Below, one piece after another: positions 24,421-36,700 of a stretch of 64,000 bases of DNA. Each line of letters begins with the position of its first letter. The stretch's first letter is position 1. Below the pieces are notes generated by a model. It saw only the letters and a program-made list of their open reading frames with translations, ran no database searches and was not told the DNA's origin. The DNA comes from Camelus ferus (lineage: Eukaryota). Location: assembly GCF_009834535.1 (NCBI RefSeq), contig NC_045697.1:55864001-55928000 (forward strand). Direction: 5' to 3'. The position numbers and the translations under genes are program-made.

Positions 24421-26077
24421 GTGCTACACTTTCTGATGAAAATTGGCTTCCACTCTTGGTAACTTCTGTGCCCCTGTAGAGTGCATTACATTTTTTCAAA
24501 AATGTCATGTCATTGAAGTTAGTAGGACTAAAAATACTGTTCTACTTAACAAATTTAGAAACCAAGATAAGAAAATAGGTGCCCTATCCAAGGCAACTGT
24601 AATGTGAGGACTGTGACACAGACCATCCTCGTGCTTCCTGATCTTAAATATATACCTAACTATACCAGGTCCTGGGGCGCCTATAATAACTAGCTTAAGC
24701 TGCACTCCATCTAAACCCTACGGTTGTAGAGTATTTAACTTAATATATGTATTGACTTTTGTTTAAAATGGTATCAGGTTAGTTCAACCAACACTGTTTA
24801 CTTCTGCATGTTTGTAAAATACCATAAAAGCAAACAAAAAAGTAAAATTTATAATTAAAAGGCAAACAATTAAATAGTTAATTGATTACAAAAATCTGAG
24901 AATTATATTCTCTATCTAAAATAGAATTAACAGTTATAACTGGTGACTGATGACTCCCTGTCAGTCTAGTACCTTATTCTATTCAAGTCCCCCAACCTCC
25001 ACTCCCTCGCACTTCGACTTATATAACTAGTGTGCCAGTAACACAAAACAAACAAAATATTCCACTTCTAAAAAGAGGATATAACAGTTTCTATTTCTCA
25101 AGATTACCAGATTGGTATATGAAAGACATAAACAAGAGTAATGGATAGCAGAGCCAAGGGGAAAAGGATGCAAGCCTGTGTGGTTTAAAATTTAAATTGT
25201 TACTAGAGTGACAAGTTTAATAATGCCACATATATTGCTATCACTTGTGTATCTTTAATTAACCTTCCAAGTGTACAGTAATAATTCTGTTTTGTGTGTG
25301 TGTGTGTACGTGAAATTGTTCTTCAGACACTTTACTTAGTTTTCTTTTAGGTTCATTTGCTATTTGCTCCTTGATTTGTGAGTATTCATTTTACATTAAT
25401 AAAGTTAAGATTTGCTCTTTATTCTATTTTATTATTTTATTGTTCTTTCATAAGGAAAAGAACTGTCCCACTTTTTCATTTATTTCTATTGATTCATTCA
25501 GAGACTGAAATAGCTAATGAAATTAGCAAGAAAACTTGAAGCAAAACTTCTTTTTTGAGTGAGAGATTTCCACAAGTAAATTTCCCTTGGGAGGAACAAT
25601 ATTAGCAAGAACCCTTGTACATTCTGGAAAATGGAGGGTTTTTTTTTTTTAATTTTAACAAAGCTTCAGGAAAACACAGTGATGTGAAAGAGCCTAACTA
25701 ATCAGAATTATACTTGATGAGTATCTTCTGGACCTAGAAATTAGTCTAAGAACTCTGCATTTCAGTTTGCCTCCAGGTTGTGGAACTGATGAGAAATTCC
25801 AAAATAATCAAGATGAATCCAGGACACACACATGAAACTACAGATGAATACTGTATTTACATATATCCTTCCTCATTCTAGAAAGAGCAAATAGAAGACA
25901 CCCAAACTTTAGGTCTATTGGAAAAACAAATCCCTCAGAAGAAGGGAAAAGGAACCCATTTTACGAACTTTCAGAAAATTATTCATTGAAATCAGTTTAA
26001 AGAAAACACCTTGGCATCCTCAATAACATAAAACAAATGCATCCTCTTTGAAGGAGGAGATAAGAGCCATCTACTTT

Positions 26078-28480
26078 TTCACAAAATCATTTATTGAGTG
26101 TATACAATACATCTAAAACTCAACTTTGATTGGTGGGCATCTGACTTCAAAAGGAAACAAAAGCAGAGAGGGGGCTCTTGCTTTCATGGAGTTTATGCAG
26201 GAAGAATAACGACGACCAAATTGTCATAAAAATGAAGACTAAATGAAAACTCTAATCAGTACATGGTGTTGTTGAAATGTGTGTGTAAAATAGAATTGCT
26301 TCCCAAAGAAAGTAACAACTGAGTTAGGAAAGCGTCTAAAGAAAGAGTGGGAATGAACTAGGTAAAGTTTAAGAAAAACAACATATGTAAAGACACTACT
26401 GCAAAATTTGTAGGAAGTATTTAAGAAATTAAAAGAAAGCCAGTGAGATGACTGCAGAGAATTGGGGGTAGAGTGGAGAAGGTGTTATATGAGATGATCA
26501 TAAAGAACTAGTTAAGAATAGATCATGACAGACATTAAATAACAGATTAATGATTTTAATTTATCTATGAGCAAAGAATGTCATTTAACTTAAGTATAAG
26601 AAAGGCATGCTGAGATTTATTTTGAAAATGATCATGCCACAAGAAGAAAAGTGGAAAGGGTAGGTGGATGTTGGACTACAGTGGAAATAAAATCAGTCAA
26701 AAGGTCATTTCAACGGTTTGCATGAGGATGTTGGTAGTGAAGCTGGTCATAAACAGAAAGAATAAGACATATTCAGGATGCCAAATACATCAGAATGTAC
26801 AGTGGATTAGATGTTGGTTAAATGAAAGTAAAGTATATGGTCTGAATCTTAGGTATATGGCTTGCATAAATGGATGAATGTTGTTACCATTTTACTGATA
26901 GAGGAACCAGTAGGAAAAAACAAGTTGGAAATTGTATTTTAATAGGGAAGCATCTTTAGTTTGTTACAGAACATAATAATTCTGATCTATCTTTAAGACA
27001 TTCAAGTGCAAATGTCAAGTGAGCTTTTAAATATACTGTTCTAGAGCTCAGAGAAAAATATCTAGGCTAGAAGTATAAATTTACATATCATCAGCATATA
27101 TGAGATCATTAAAACTCTGAAATGGATGATATAATCTAGAGAAACACATTGAAGGAGAAAGGAAGAGAAAAGAAAGAGAATAGGGGTTGAGAATGTCCAA
27201 AATTAAATGGCTGAGTAGAGAAAAGTAGTGAAAGAAAGAAAATGTTTACCAGAAAGGTCAGAAAAAGTCTATAAGAGTATAAGGTCATAAAACATAAAGG
27301 AATTGTTTACAAAAGTAGGAACTTGTTAACAAAACTGATTGCTGCTAAAAGGACATGAAATTTGTAGACTGAAAAATGGCTTTTTAATTTAACAACATGG
27401 AAGTTACTGAAGAATTCTGCAAGAGTTACTTGGGGGTAGTGATGAGGAAATAAACAGGACAAGGAACAGAAAGAACAAGCTTAGATAAAAATTTCAAAGA
27501 GAATAATTGGGGAGAAAATGAGGGATATCTAATAAAAGGTACAGAGAGGAGTATTTGTGAGTGAGTGGTGCGTGTGTGTGTTTAGTTCTTTTCATTTTAT
27601 CATTCGATAATACAGATTTAGGATTTTGCAAGAACAATGGAAAGTATCTGATTGACAAAGGAAAATATAAAAGAGGGAAGAAAAGAAAGACATGGAGAGG
27701 GGAGGAGGAGAGAGAGAAAGAATCATTCCGGAGAGGGAGAGAGATGAAAGCGTAAGCTTTCCAAAACACATGGATAGAATAGGGTCCAAAAATACATGTA
27801 CCTGGTTTAGAGTACACATGAATTAGTTCAGACATAAATAGCTTTAGTAAAGTGGGGTCTTCACTCCATCTTTAATTTACAGAGGTCAACAATGGGTTAA
27901 AAAGGTATTTGGGGAATAGTTGAAGCAAGCTGTAGGAATAGAATCCTGTGGTTATAGTACAAAATACTTCTATCAGTGATTTCAGTGCTGTCAGATTGCA
28001 ACAAACTCCAGTGTGTATTTTGGGAGTGAGTAAATGAGATGAAACTAGTATGATTAATTTGGTGCAAGAGAGTCAATCAAGAAATTGAGAAGCTTTTGTA
28101 TTGAATGGATTGTCCATATACATGATGGAATCACCCACTGTAGTGTAAAAGAAGACAGGGAGCCAGAGTAAAGATTATGAACAATAAAGAAACAGAGTTA
28201 AGCTGCTGCTGCCTTTGTAAGGTCAGCACCTGTGGGACATCCAGGCAGAGTGGTCAAAAAGAGAGGCCATTAAAAAAAAAAATGTTTACAATGAATAGAT
28301 GCAATGGTAAGCAACAATGAGAAACAAAAAAGAACACCACTCCAAGTTCTTCTAACCTAAAATCACACTGTGAGGAAATAAATACTACTCTCTTAAGAGT
28401 AGATTGTAGATCAGTGTAAGCCAAGGAAGTGAACTATTTTTTTACAATAGAGGATCAGAATAAGGGGAGTTTTGCTGGTT
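26078..28480 (-). mobile_element. Long, highly diverged L2 LINE
   Basis: catttattgagtg...ctcttgctttcatggagtt...gacattcaagtgcaaatgtcaagt...gagctcagagaaaaatatctaggctagaagtataaattt. Confidence 0.8.
28193..28282 (+). mobile_element. Isolated 57-bp L1 5'UTR fragment plus 22 nt and A11 tail
   Basis: 28193-28249 matches 31694-31750 at 52 of 57 positions; followed by gtggtcaaaaagagaggccatt and A11. Confidence 0.7.
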
Positions 28481-29416
28481 ATAGAGTACCAATACCAGAA
28501 GGCACTGAAATGTCTGGGGGCTTAGGGGAGAAAAGTAACCTTATATTAAAAGAGAAGTGATGTTAGCAGTAAAGGAATACAGAACATTGTGGGGAACGCT
28601 GGAATGGAAGAGGTTAGATCATTGGATGTGGAAGAGGGCTGATAATGTGTGTATGTGTTTGTGTGTGCTAATTATTGAAAATATGGATGAAATACAGGGT
28701 GAATTTTGTCTCATGGAAGGGAATGGTATTGAGCCTAGTGGCCAGAGAAGCTCTCTTCTTTGGCAGGGTGACAGTAGACCCAGAAACTGCCAACTCCACA
28801 AAGAAACACCAGTACAAGAGAAAAACAGAATATTCAAATAGAAACAAAGGCAACAGTCTGAGATGAAAGCAAACCTTGGAAATTTGAAAACAGAAGATCT
28901 ACAGCTATGAGTTATATAGAAGACAGAGTAGAACATTCACAAAATAAAAAAGGAAAGGCAAAGGTTTATGGAATTACTTTTTCAAATTCCCCTGCAACAA
29001 AATATGTCAAAATTAAAGCAAAAAAATTTCTCTTTGTAGCTATACATTTTTAAAATACTGAAAAATAAATCAGAGTTCAAAAAAGGACAAGGAAGATTTC
29101 CACATTATTATTTGCAACAATAATCCAAAAGACCACCTCAGAGGGGTGCTATTTTAAGAAACTAAAATTACTAGAATTGTAAATAGTGATGAACAGTATG
29201 AACTCTATTTAATTTTAACTAAGATATAATTGACATATTAACAAAGGAAGAAAACATATCAAAATGTTAATAAAGTTATTTCAAGTAGTGTAAAGAATGA
29301 TTTTTAAATGTCTTACATTTAACCTATTTGTGTATTATCTGAAAATCCTGTAATCAGAAAAAGATCTTAAAATCAAAAAGATATTATTTCTGTATGTGTA
29401 TGTGTGTATGTATATG

Positions 29417-29460
29417 TGTATATGCCTGTGTGTGTTAGTGTATATGCCTGTGTGTGTTAG
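29417..29460. repeat. 22-bp tandem duplication in a TG/TA-rich tract
   Basis: tgtatatgcctgtgtgtgttag twice, exact. Confidence 0.9.
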
Positions 29461-29655
29461 TGCATATGCAGAAGAAGACAGAGATTTTTATAAGATTTTA
29501 TATCACACGTAAATTCCCCTGATTCTCATTGTAACAAGATGATACGTCTATGTAGTGCTAAAATAAGCAATTTAAAGAAAGATAAAATGGTGCATATGGT
29601 TGTCAGCACCCTCTCTGACCTATGGAGCCCATAGAGAAGATGCAGCAATTCATAC

Positions 29656-29828
29656 TGTGTTAATTTTTGTGTTATTTCCATGCAGAGGACAGTTACAGCC
29701 AAATTCATTCATTAGTACTTGTTAACACAACAGCCATGGTCTGCCCACCTGGACTCTGGTGCTTTCTAGTTGAGCAGGTCATTCAAGGCTTGCCCAAGTA
29801 ACAGATGTTCTCTCTCAAATATTTTTCC
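29656..29828 (-). pseudogene. Fossil exon (173 nt), EYS-like N-terminal region, part 2
   Basis: Acceptor ttttttttcccaacccctaaacag|G, donor ACA|GTATGA. Reads ENICYL / QALNDLL / NEFGCNCP in shifting frames versus EYS (recalled) QICPLQIQLGDIL...SETSFVGC. Confidence 0.45.
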
Positions 29829-30382
29829 CTGTTTAGGGGTTGGGAAAAAAAATTAAAAGAGACATTGCACCACTCCAAGTGAATTAATATGCAGACTTAG
29901 ATAGACGTGCACAAATTCAACATGGCTAAAGCAAGATGCTAACATTCTATATAGATAAACATTTTTGTGTGTATACATTGCATATATACGTATGTAGTAT
30001 ATGTGCATAAATGGTATTCAAAGGCATAGATTATATGTGTATCTATATACAGATACAGACACACATGCACATGCATATCAACACACTAATATAGTTGTTT
30101 TTGTGTGTGTTCATGTGAATGTGCACAAATATGTTTCTATATACCTAAAAATGTTTGGAAAATATGCACAAATCTACTAATAGTTTTTATTTCTGTGTAG
30201 AGAATTTGACACTGGGAATCTACTTTCATTTTCTTTATTATATAGCATTCAATGTTTAATTAGAATTTTCCACTGTGAGACCATGACACACGTGATATGC
30301 TATTCCAAACTTAGGTGTCCAAGTAAGTGTTCAAAACAATTATCAGGCTGGGTTCATTTTTCCAAAGTCAAGCAGAGAGATT

Positions 30383-30590
30383 CTATGTGAAGTTAACTGC
30401 TGAAAACCAGCAGCAGCCTCTGGAAAATTTCATTTGAGAGATTCCAGCTGGGGAGCCTCTAAAGAACCCAGCAAAACATTCATGGGAATGAATAATCTGC
30501 TTCAAGCACTGCCAGGTCCAGAGAGTGGAAAGCTTACTTGGGAATAACCATACCACTTGAGGAGGAGCTTTATTACCTGAATTATTCTTC
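30383..30590 (-). pseudogene. Fossil exon, EYS-like N-terminal region, part 1
   Basis: Acceptor caaaaccattag|G. Reads WQCLKQII...SWNLSNEIFQR / GCCWFSAVNFT versus EYS (recalled) KTCRRQLV...NWTLTENICLDFYRDCWFLGVNT; donor not identified. Confidence 0.55.
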
Positions 30591-32446
30591 CTAATGGTTT
30601 TGAACAGTGAAGTCAAAATATGAGGTAATTAAAATGAAGAAAGAAGTAAATGCATCCTCTTCACCAAATGCAAAGATGAAGGCTGTGAGGAAAAGACACT
30701 ATATGCAAGAGAAGAGGAGAAGTTTACCTTGGAGTTAAAATAGAAATGTCAATTAACATATTGAGATAGATGCTCTAAGGTTTGAACTGAGACCATGCTG
30801 TTCCACTTCAAGTAACTATTTGATTTTCTATTATCTAAGAATAACCAGAGAAGATGAACATTCCCTGAGAGTTTTTATCCAGTAGGAGCAGGATGATTTA
30901 CCATTTGAAAAAACAAGTGGGAAACAAAGATATAAATTGTGGACTGCGAGGGGAGTTCGAGATGACGGAAGAAAACAAGCTCGCCTCCTCCCACAAATAT
31001 ATAAAGAATACCTCTACATGCGGAACAGTTCTCACAGAATACCTACTAAACTCTGGCAGAAGATCTCACACAATCAAAACTACAAGAAAGACCACCATGT
31101 AACCAGGTAGGATTAAAAAAAAAGAAAGAAAGAATCAGCACGAGACCTGTACCCCTTGGGAGGGAGCTGTGAAAGAGAAAAGGTTCTTTCACCCTGGGAA
31201 GCCCCTTCACCAGTGGTGAGATCAGCCAAGACAGATAGGGAGCTTCAGAGACCTGAAGGAAAGCACAGCAACCGGTTTGCAGCCGGCAGAAGAGAGAGAC
31301 AAGCATAGACAATCCATGCCATCTCATTGTACTCCCCAGCCCAAGACACACATGTCTGTTGGTGAGCGCAAGGGCTGGGTGCTGAAACTCAGGCTTCAGA
31401 GGACAGATCTGGGAAGAGGACTGGGTTGGCTGTGCAGAGACAGCCTGAAAGGGGTCGTAGTGTGGCATGGGCCACAAGTGGCAGTGTATGCGAAAGGGCC
31501 CAAGTCCATCAAAAAGACCCATTGCTAATGCCCATGAAGGGAGTGGCAGGACCTCACATTGCAGCCTCTTTCTTGGGAGGCACACAGCCAGCAATTCTCT
31601 GCCTCTATATACTCTGGGGAAATGCCAGCGCTGGGAGGTTGCCCTCAAGCAAAGGCGAGTATGAATTCTCAGCCTTGTCCCAGGTGACTCTGGCAGAGTT
31701 AAGCTGCTGTTGTCTTTGTAAGGTTAGCACCTTTGGGACATCCAAGCAGACTACTGGTGTGCACCTGGGGTAGGTCTAGCATTAGCAGCTACAGACTTTA
31801 GGGGTGTGTGCATGCAGAGATGGAGCTGGGGTCTGGGATGATGCCATAATTCCCACATCAGGTCCCAGTGGCTGACTTCATTGGATCTGCCCTTGTAAGC
31901 ACAGCACCTAAGGGACACCTGGGCAGACTGCCTAAATTCCCATGACTGAGGTGGGGCCAAAGGCAGCACCAACAACAGTGTACTTTGTGAACCCACACGA
32001 GGGGTGACAGGCGACACCACAGAGGGCAATTCTCAGTGGACAGCTCCTGCGGAGCAATACTCTGTGGCTCCTCTCTCAGCAGAAGTGCTCCACTCCGGCC
32101 TACTTAATATGGCAGATCATAAAGAGGTGAGAGGGCTTCTACTCCAACAACTGGGGAGCATATTCAGACCCCAAAAGGGCTGGGACAACCATGGAACAAA
32201 GAGGAGGCCCCACTCAACATCCAGTGGAGGATCTGGTACCCATAACACCAATCACACCCCCTATCAAGGGGATAACAACCAGCACACACAGAAGAAAGAC
32301 ATGGCAGGCATTCACACTAAAAACAGTCCTCACAACAAAAATATTACACTCATACAGGATACATAAGGACTCTCCCAGATTTTAAAAAAGCCCTTCAAGA
32401 CCACAATAGATAACTGCTATTTCCAAACTCATGGAGTCAGAGAACT

Positions 32447-33358
32447 ATAAGTAAAATAAAGAAGCAGAGGAACCACTCCCAGTTAAAAGAATAAGAGAAA
32501 TCCCGTGAAAGAACAAACAATGAAACAGACCTCTCCAGTCTACTGGATCCTGAATTCAAAAAGGATATAATAAAAACACTGAAGGAATTGATGAAAATAA
32601 GAAGAGCCATCAATAGAAATGCAGAATATTGTGAAAAGGAACTAGAAAGAGGAGCCAATTAAAACTAGAAAACTCATTTGCCAAAGTAAAAGCCAAGCTA
32701 AAGGCAATAAATAGTAATGTAATAAACAGCAATAAAAAACGCAGAAAAACAAATAAGTGATTGGGAAGATAGAATAAAGGAAATCACCCACAGAACAGTA
32801 GACAGAAAGACAAATGAAAAAAAAAAAAGAAAGAAAGTAATGAGATCTATGGGATACTATAAAGCCTGCCAATCTATGCATAATAGGATCCCAGAAAAAG
32901 AAGAAAGAGAAAATGGGATCAAAAATGTATCTGAAGAAATTATGACTGAAAACTTCCCAAACTTAAAGAAGGGAAGAGATGTCCAGTACAGGATGCACAG
33001 AGAGTCCCAAACAAGATGAACCCAAACAGACCGACACCAACAAGACAAATTAAAGTAAAATGGCAAAACTTTAAGATAAAGAAAGGATTATAGAGGCAGA
33101 AAAAAAAAAAAAAAAAAGCACAAGGGAACCACCATAAGGCTATCAGCTAATTTCTCTACAGAAACGTTGCAAGCCAGAGGGGAGAAGCAAGATATATTAA
33201 AAGTCCTGAAAGGGAAAAACTTGCAATCTAAGGTACTCTACCCAGCAAGATTATCATTTAGAATAGAAAAACAGATAAAGAATGTCTCAGATAAGCAAAC
33301 ATTAAAAGAATACAATGATACTAAATCTATCCTAAAACAATTATTGAAAGATCTCTAA
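32447..33358 (+). pseudogene. L1 ORF1p, disrupted
   Basis: QARGEKQDILKVLKGKNLQSKVLYPARLSF; ATG decayed to ATA; frameshifts in A-tracts. Confidence 0.9.
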
Positions 33359-33760
33359 ACAGAAAAGAAAAATCTACAGGAAACAGAAAGTCACAATTCG
33401 AAATTCAATAGTAACTACAATAAATATCAAAAGAATGAACATGAAGACATAAAAGAAGACATCAAAATCATACATTGTGGAGTGGGGTAAAGACAATGTA
33501 GTTTTTTTTTTTCTTTTTCTTATAAAATATGTTTGAGACTATATGACTAAAAGTCTATAGCAAGTAAATACAGTAATGGGTTAACATACTGGAAAAACAG
33601 GGTAACCACAAATCAAAAACATACAATAGATACAAAAACCACAAAGAAGAGAACTCAAGCATAATACTAAAGAAAATCATCAAACCACTAAACAAAAAAT
33701 AAAAGGAAAAAGAAAGAAACAAAGAATAAATACAAAATCAACTGGAAAACAAGTTTTAAA

Positions 33761-36700
33761 ATGGCAATAAACATACATCTATCAATAATTACCATAAATG
33801 TCAATGGACCAAATGCTCCAATCAAAAGATATGAAGTGGTAGATTGGATAATAAAACAAGATCTCACAAAATGCTGCCTACAAGAGACCCACTTTAGGGC
33901 AAAGAACACACACAGGTTGAAAGCGAGGGGATGGAAAAAGATATTTCATGCAAATGGAAATGACAAGAAAACAGGGGTAGCAATACTCATATCAGACAAG
34001 ACAGACTTTAAAACAAAGGCCATAAAGAAAGATAGAGAAGGACACTACATAATGATAAAAGTATCAGTACAAGAAGAGGATATTACACTTGTTAACATAT
34101 ATACACCCAATATAGGAGCATCTAAATACATAAAACAAATATTAACAGATATAAAGGGAAGAAATTTATGAGAATACAGTAATAATAGGAGATTTTAATC
34201 ACTAATTTGCCCAATATCAATGGGCAGATCTTCCAGACAGAAAATAATTAACGCAACAGAGATTCCAAATGATACAACAGACCAGTTAGACATCAATATC
34301 TTCAGGACATTAAATTAAAAAAAAAAAAAAAACAGAATATACATGCTTTTCAAGTGCATATGGAACATTCTCTAGAATGGACCACATACTAGGACATAAA
34401 ACAAACCCTGACAAATTTAAGAGGATAGAAATTATTTCAAGCATCTTTTCGGACCACAACAGCATGAAATTAAAAATCAACCACAAAAAGAAAAACAAGG
34501 GGAAAAAAAAAAGACTGCATGGAGACTAAACAGCATGCTACTAAAAAACCAATGGGCCAATAATGAAATTAAAAAAGAATTAAAAAATACCTTGAGACAA
34601 ATGGCAACGAAAATATAACCACATAAAATCCATGGGGTGTAGCAAAAGCAGTCCTAAGACTGAAGTTCACAGTGATAAAAGCCTTCTTCAAAAGGCTTTT
34701 ATCTTCAAAAAAACAAGAAAAATCTCAAATAAACAACCTAAACTACTACCTAAAAGAATTAGAAAAAGAACAAACAAAATATAAAGTCAGTAGAAGTTAC
34801 AAAATAATAAAAATCAGGGAGAAAATAAATAAAATAGTGGTTAAAAATAAATCAAACCAAGAGCTGTTTTACTGAAAGAGTAAATGAAATAAACAAACTC
34901 CTCTGGCCAGGCTCAGTAAGAAGAAAAGAGAGAGGATACAAATAAACAAGATAAGAAAGGAAAATGGAGAAATTACAACCAACACTACAGAAACACAAAA
35001 ACCTATAAGAGAATACTATGAACAACTATGTGTGTACAAACTGGACAAACCCAAAGAAATGGACAAGTTTCTAGAAACATACAGCCAAACAAAACTGAAT
35101 CAAGAATAAGTGGATAATTTGAACAAAGTGATCATTACAAGTGAAACAGTATCTATAAAGCAAACAAACAAATGAACAAACAAAAAATTCACTAAATCTA
35201 AAGTACAGGACAAGATAGCTTCACTGAGGAATTCTACCAAACATACAAAGAAAGAACTTATGCCAATCTTTCTCAAACTCTTCCAAAAGACTGAAGAGGA
35301 GGGAACACTCCCAAAGTCATTCTATGAAGCCACCCTCACCCTGATACCACAACCAGACAAACACACTACCAAAAAAGAAATTACAGACCAGTATCTTTGG
35401 TGAACATACATGGAAAAATTCTCAACAAAATATTAGCAAACTGAATCCAACAACACATAAAAAAGACCATACAGAATGATCAAGCTGGATTCATCCCAGG
35501 ATCACAAGGACGGTTCAACATACACAAATTAATGTGATACACCACATGAATAAAAGAAAGGACAAAGCCACATAATCATCTCAATAGATGAAGAAAAAGC
35601 ATTTGATAAAATTCAACATCCATTCATGATAAAAACTCCTACCGAAGTGGGTATAAAGAAGACATATCTCAACATAATAAAAGCTATTTATGATAAACCT
35701 ACAGCCAACATAATACTCAATGGTGAAGTTGAAAGACTTCCCACTAAAGTCTGAATCAAGACAAGGATGCCCACACTCAGCACTTCTATTCAACATAGTA
35801 TTGAAAGTCCTAGCCACAGCAATCAGACAAGAAAAACATGAAAGAGATCCAAATTGGAAGGGAAGAGGTAAAATTGCCAGTATATGCATAAGACCTGATA
35901 AAATATATAAAAAATCCCAAAGACTCCACACAAAAACCACTAGAACTGATAAACAAATTCAGCAAGGTAGCAGGATACAACATTAACATACATAAATCTG
36001 TAGCATTCCTTTACACTAACAATGAAATATCAGAAAAGGAAAGCAAAAAAAAAAAAAAAAAAACTTTTAAAATCACATCAAAAAAATAAAATACTTAGGA
36101 GTTAACCTGACCAAAGAAGTGAAATGCTGAGAACTATAAAATATTTACAAAATAAATTGAAGATGACTTAAAGAAATGGAAAGATATCTCATGCTCTTGG
36201 ATTGAAAGAATTAACATTGTTAAAATGGCCATACTACTGAAAGCAATCTACAGGTTCAATGGGATCCTTATCAAACCACCCAGGACATTTTTCACAGAAC
36301 TAGAACAAATAATCCTAAAATGTATATGGAATCACAAAATAACCAGAATCGCTAAAGTAATACTGAAAAATAAGAACAAAGCTTGAGGTATCACAACCCT
36401 CTCAGACTTCAGACAATACTATAGAGCTATAGTAATCAAAATAGCATGCTATTGGCAGAAAAACATATGTATGGTTCAATGAAACAGAATGGAGAGCCCA
36501 GAAATAAACCCACATGCCCCCAGTCAATTAATTTTTGACAAAGGAGGCAAGAATATACAATGGAGAAAAGACAATCTCTTTTACAAGCGGTGTAGGGAAG
36601 GCTGGACAGTGGCATGTAAATTAATGCATTTAGAACACTCCCTCATACCATACATAAAAATAAACTCAAATTGGCTTAAAGACTTAAACATAAGACAGGA

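Larger units (their letters stand above)
3060..30590 (-). pseudogene. Multi-exon fossil (unitary pseudogene) of an EYS-like, EGF-repeat-array extracellular protein gene
   Basis: About 10-13 minus-strand non-repeat segments, many with polypyrimidine-AG acceptors and GT donors. Their translations give EYS-N-terminus-like motifs (30.5, 29.7, 23.3, 13.0 kb) and then EGF-like Cys/Gly motifs (11.2, 10.4, 9.9, 8.8, 8.6, 6.3, 4.1, 3.5 kb) in colinear order. Nearly all carry stops, frameshifts or lost cysteines. Confidence 0.65.

Noticed and set aside
24390..24480. Ig-like peptide VALEGDDLQLSC on the minus strand
   Set aside because: Its 3' half overlaps the end of the L2 fragment (ccttcagttgtcatgtg resembles L2 ccatcatctctcacctg); probably coincidental.
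3060..30590. Calling the fossil exons EYS itself
   Set aside because: Similarity to recalled human EYS is motif-level only, the N-terminal region is split over several exons, and there seems to be an extra EGF; no gene symbol assigned.
31046..32385. ORFs up to 200 aa in the older L1 5'UTR
   Set aside because: GC-rich 5'UTR with overlapping ORFs in many frames and no protein motifs.
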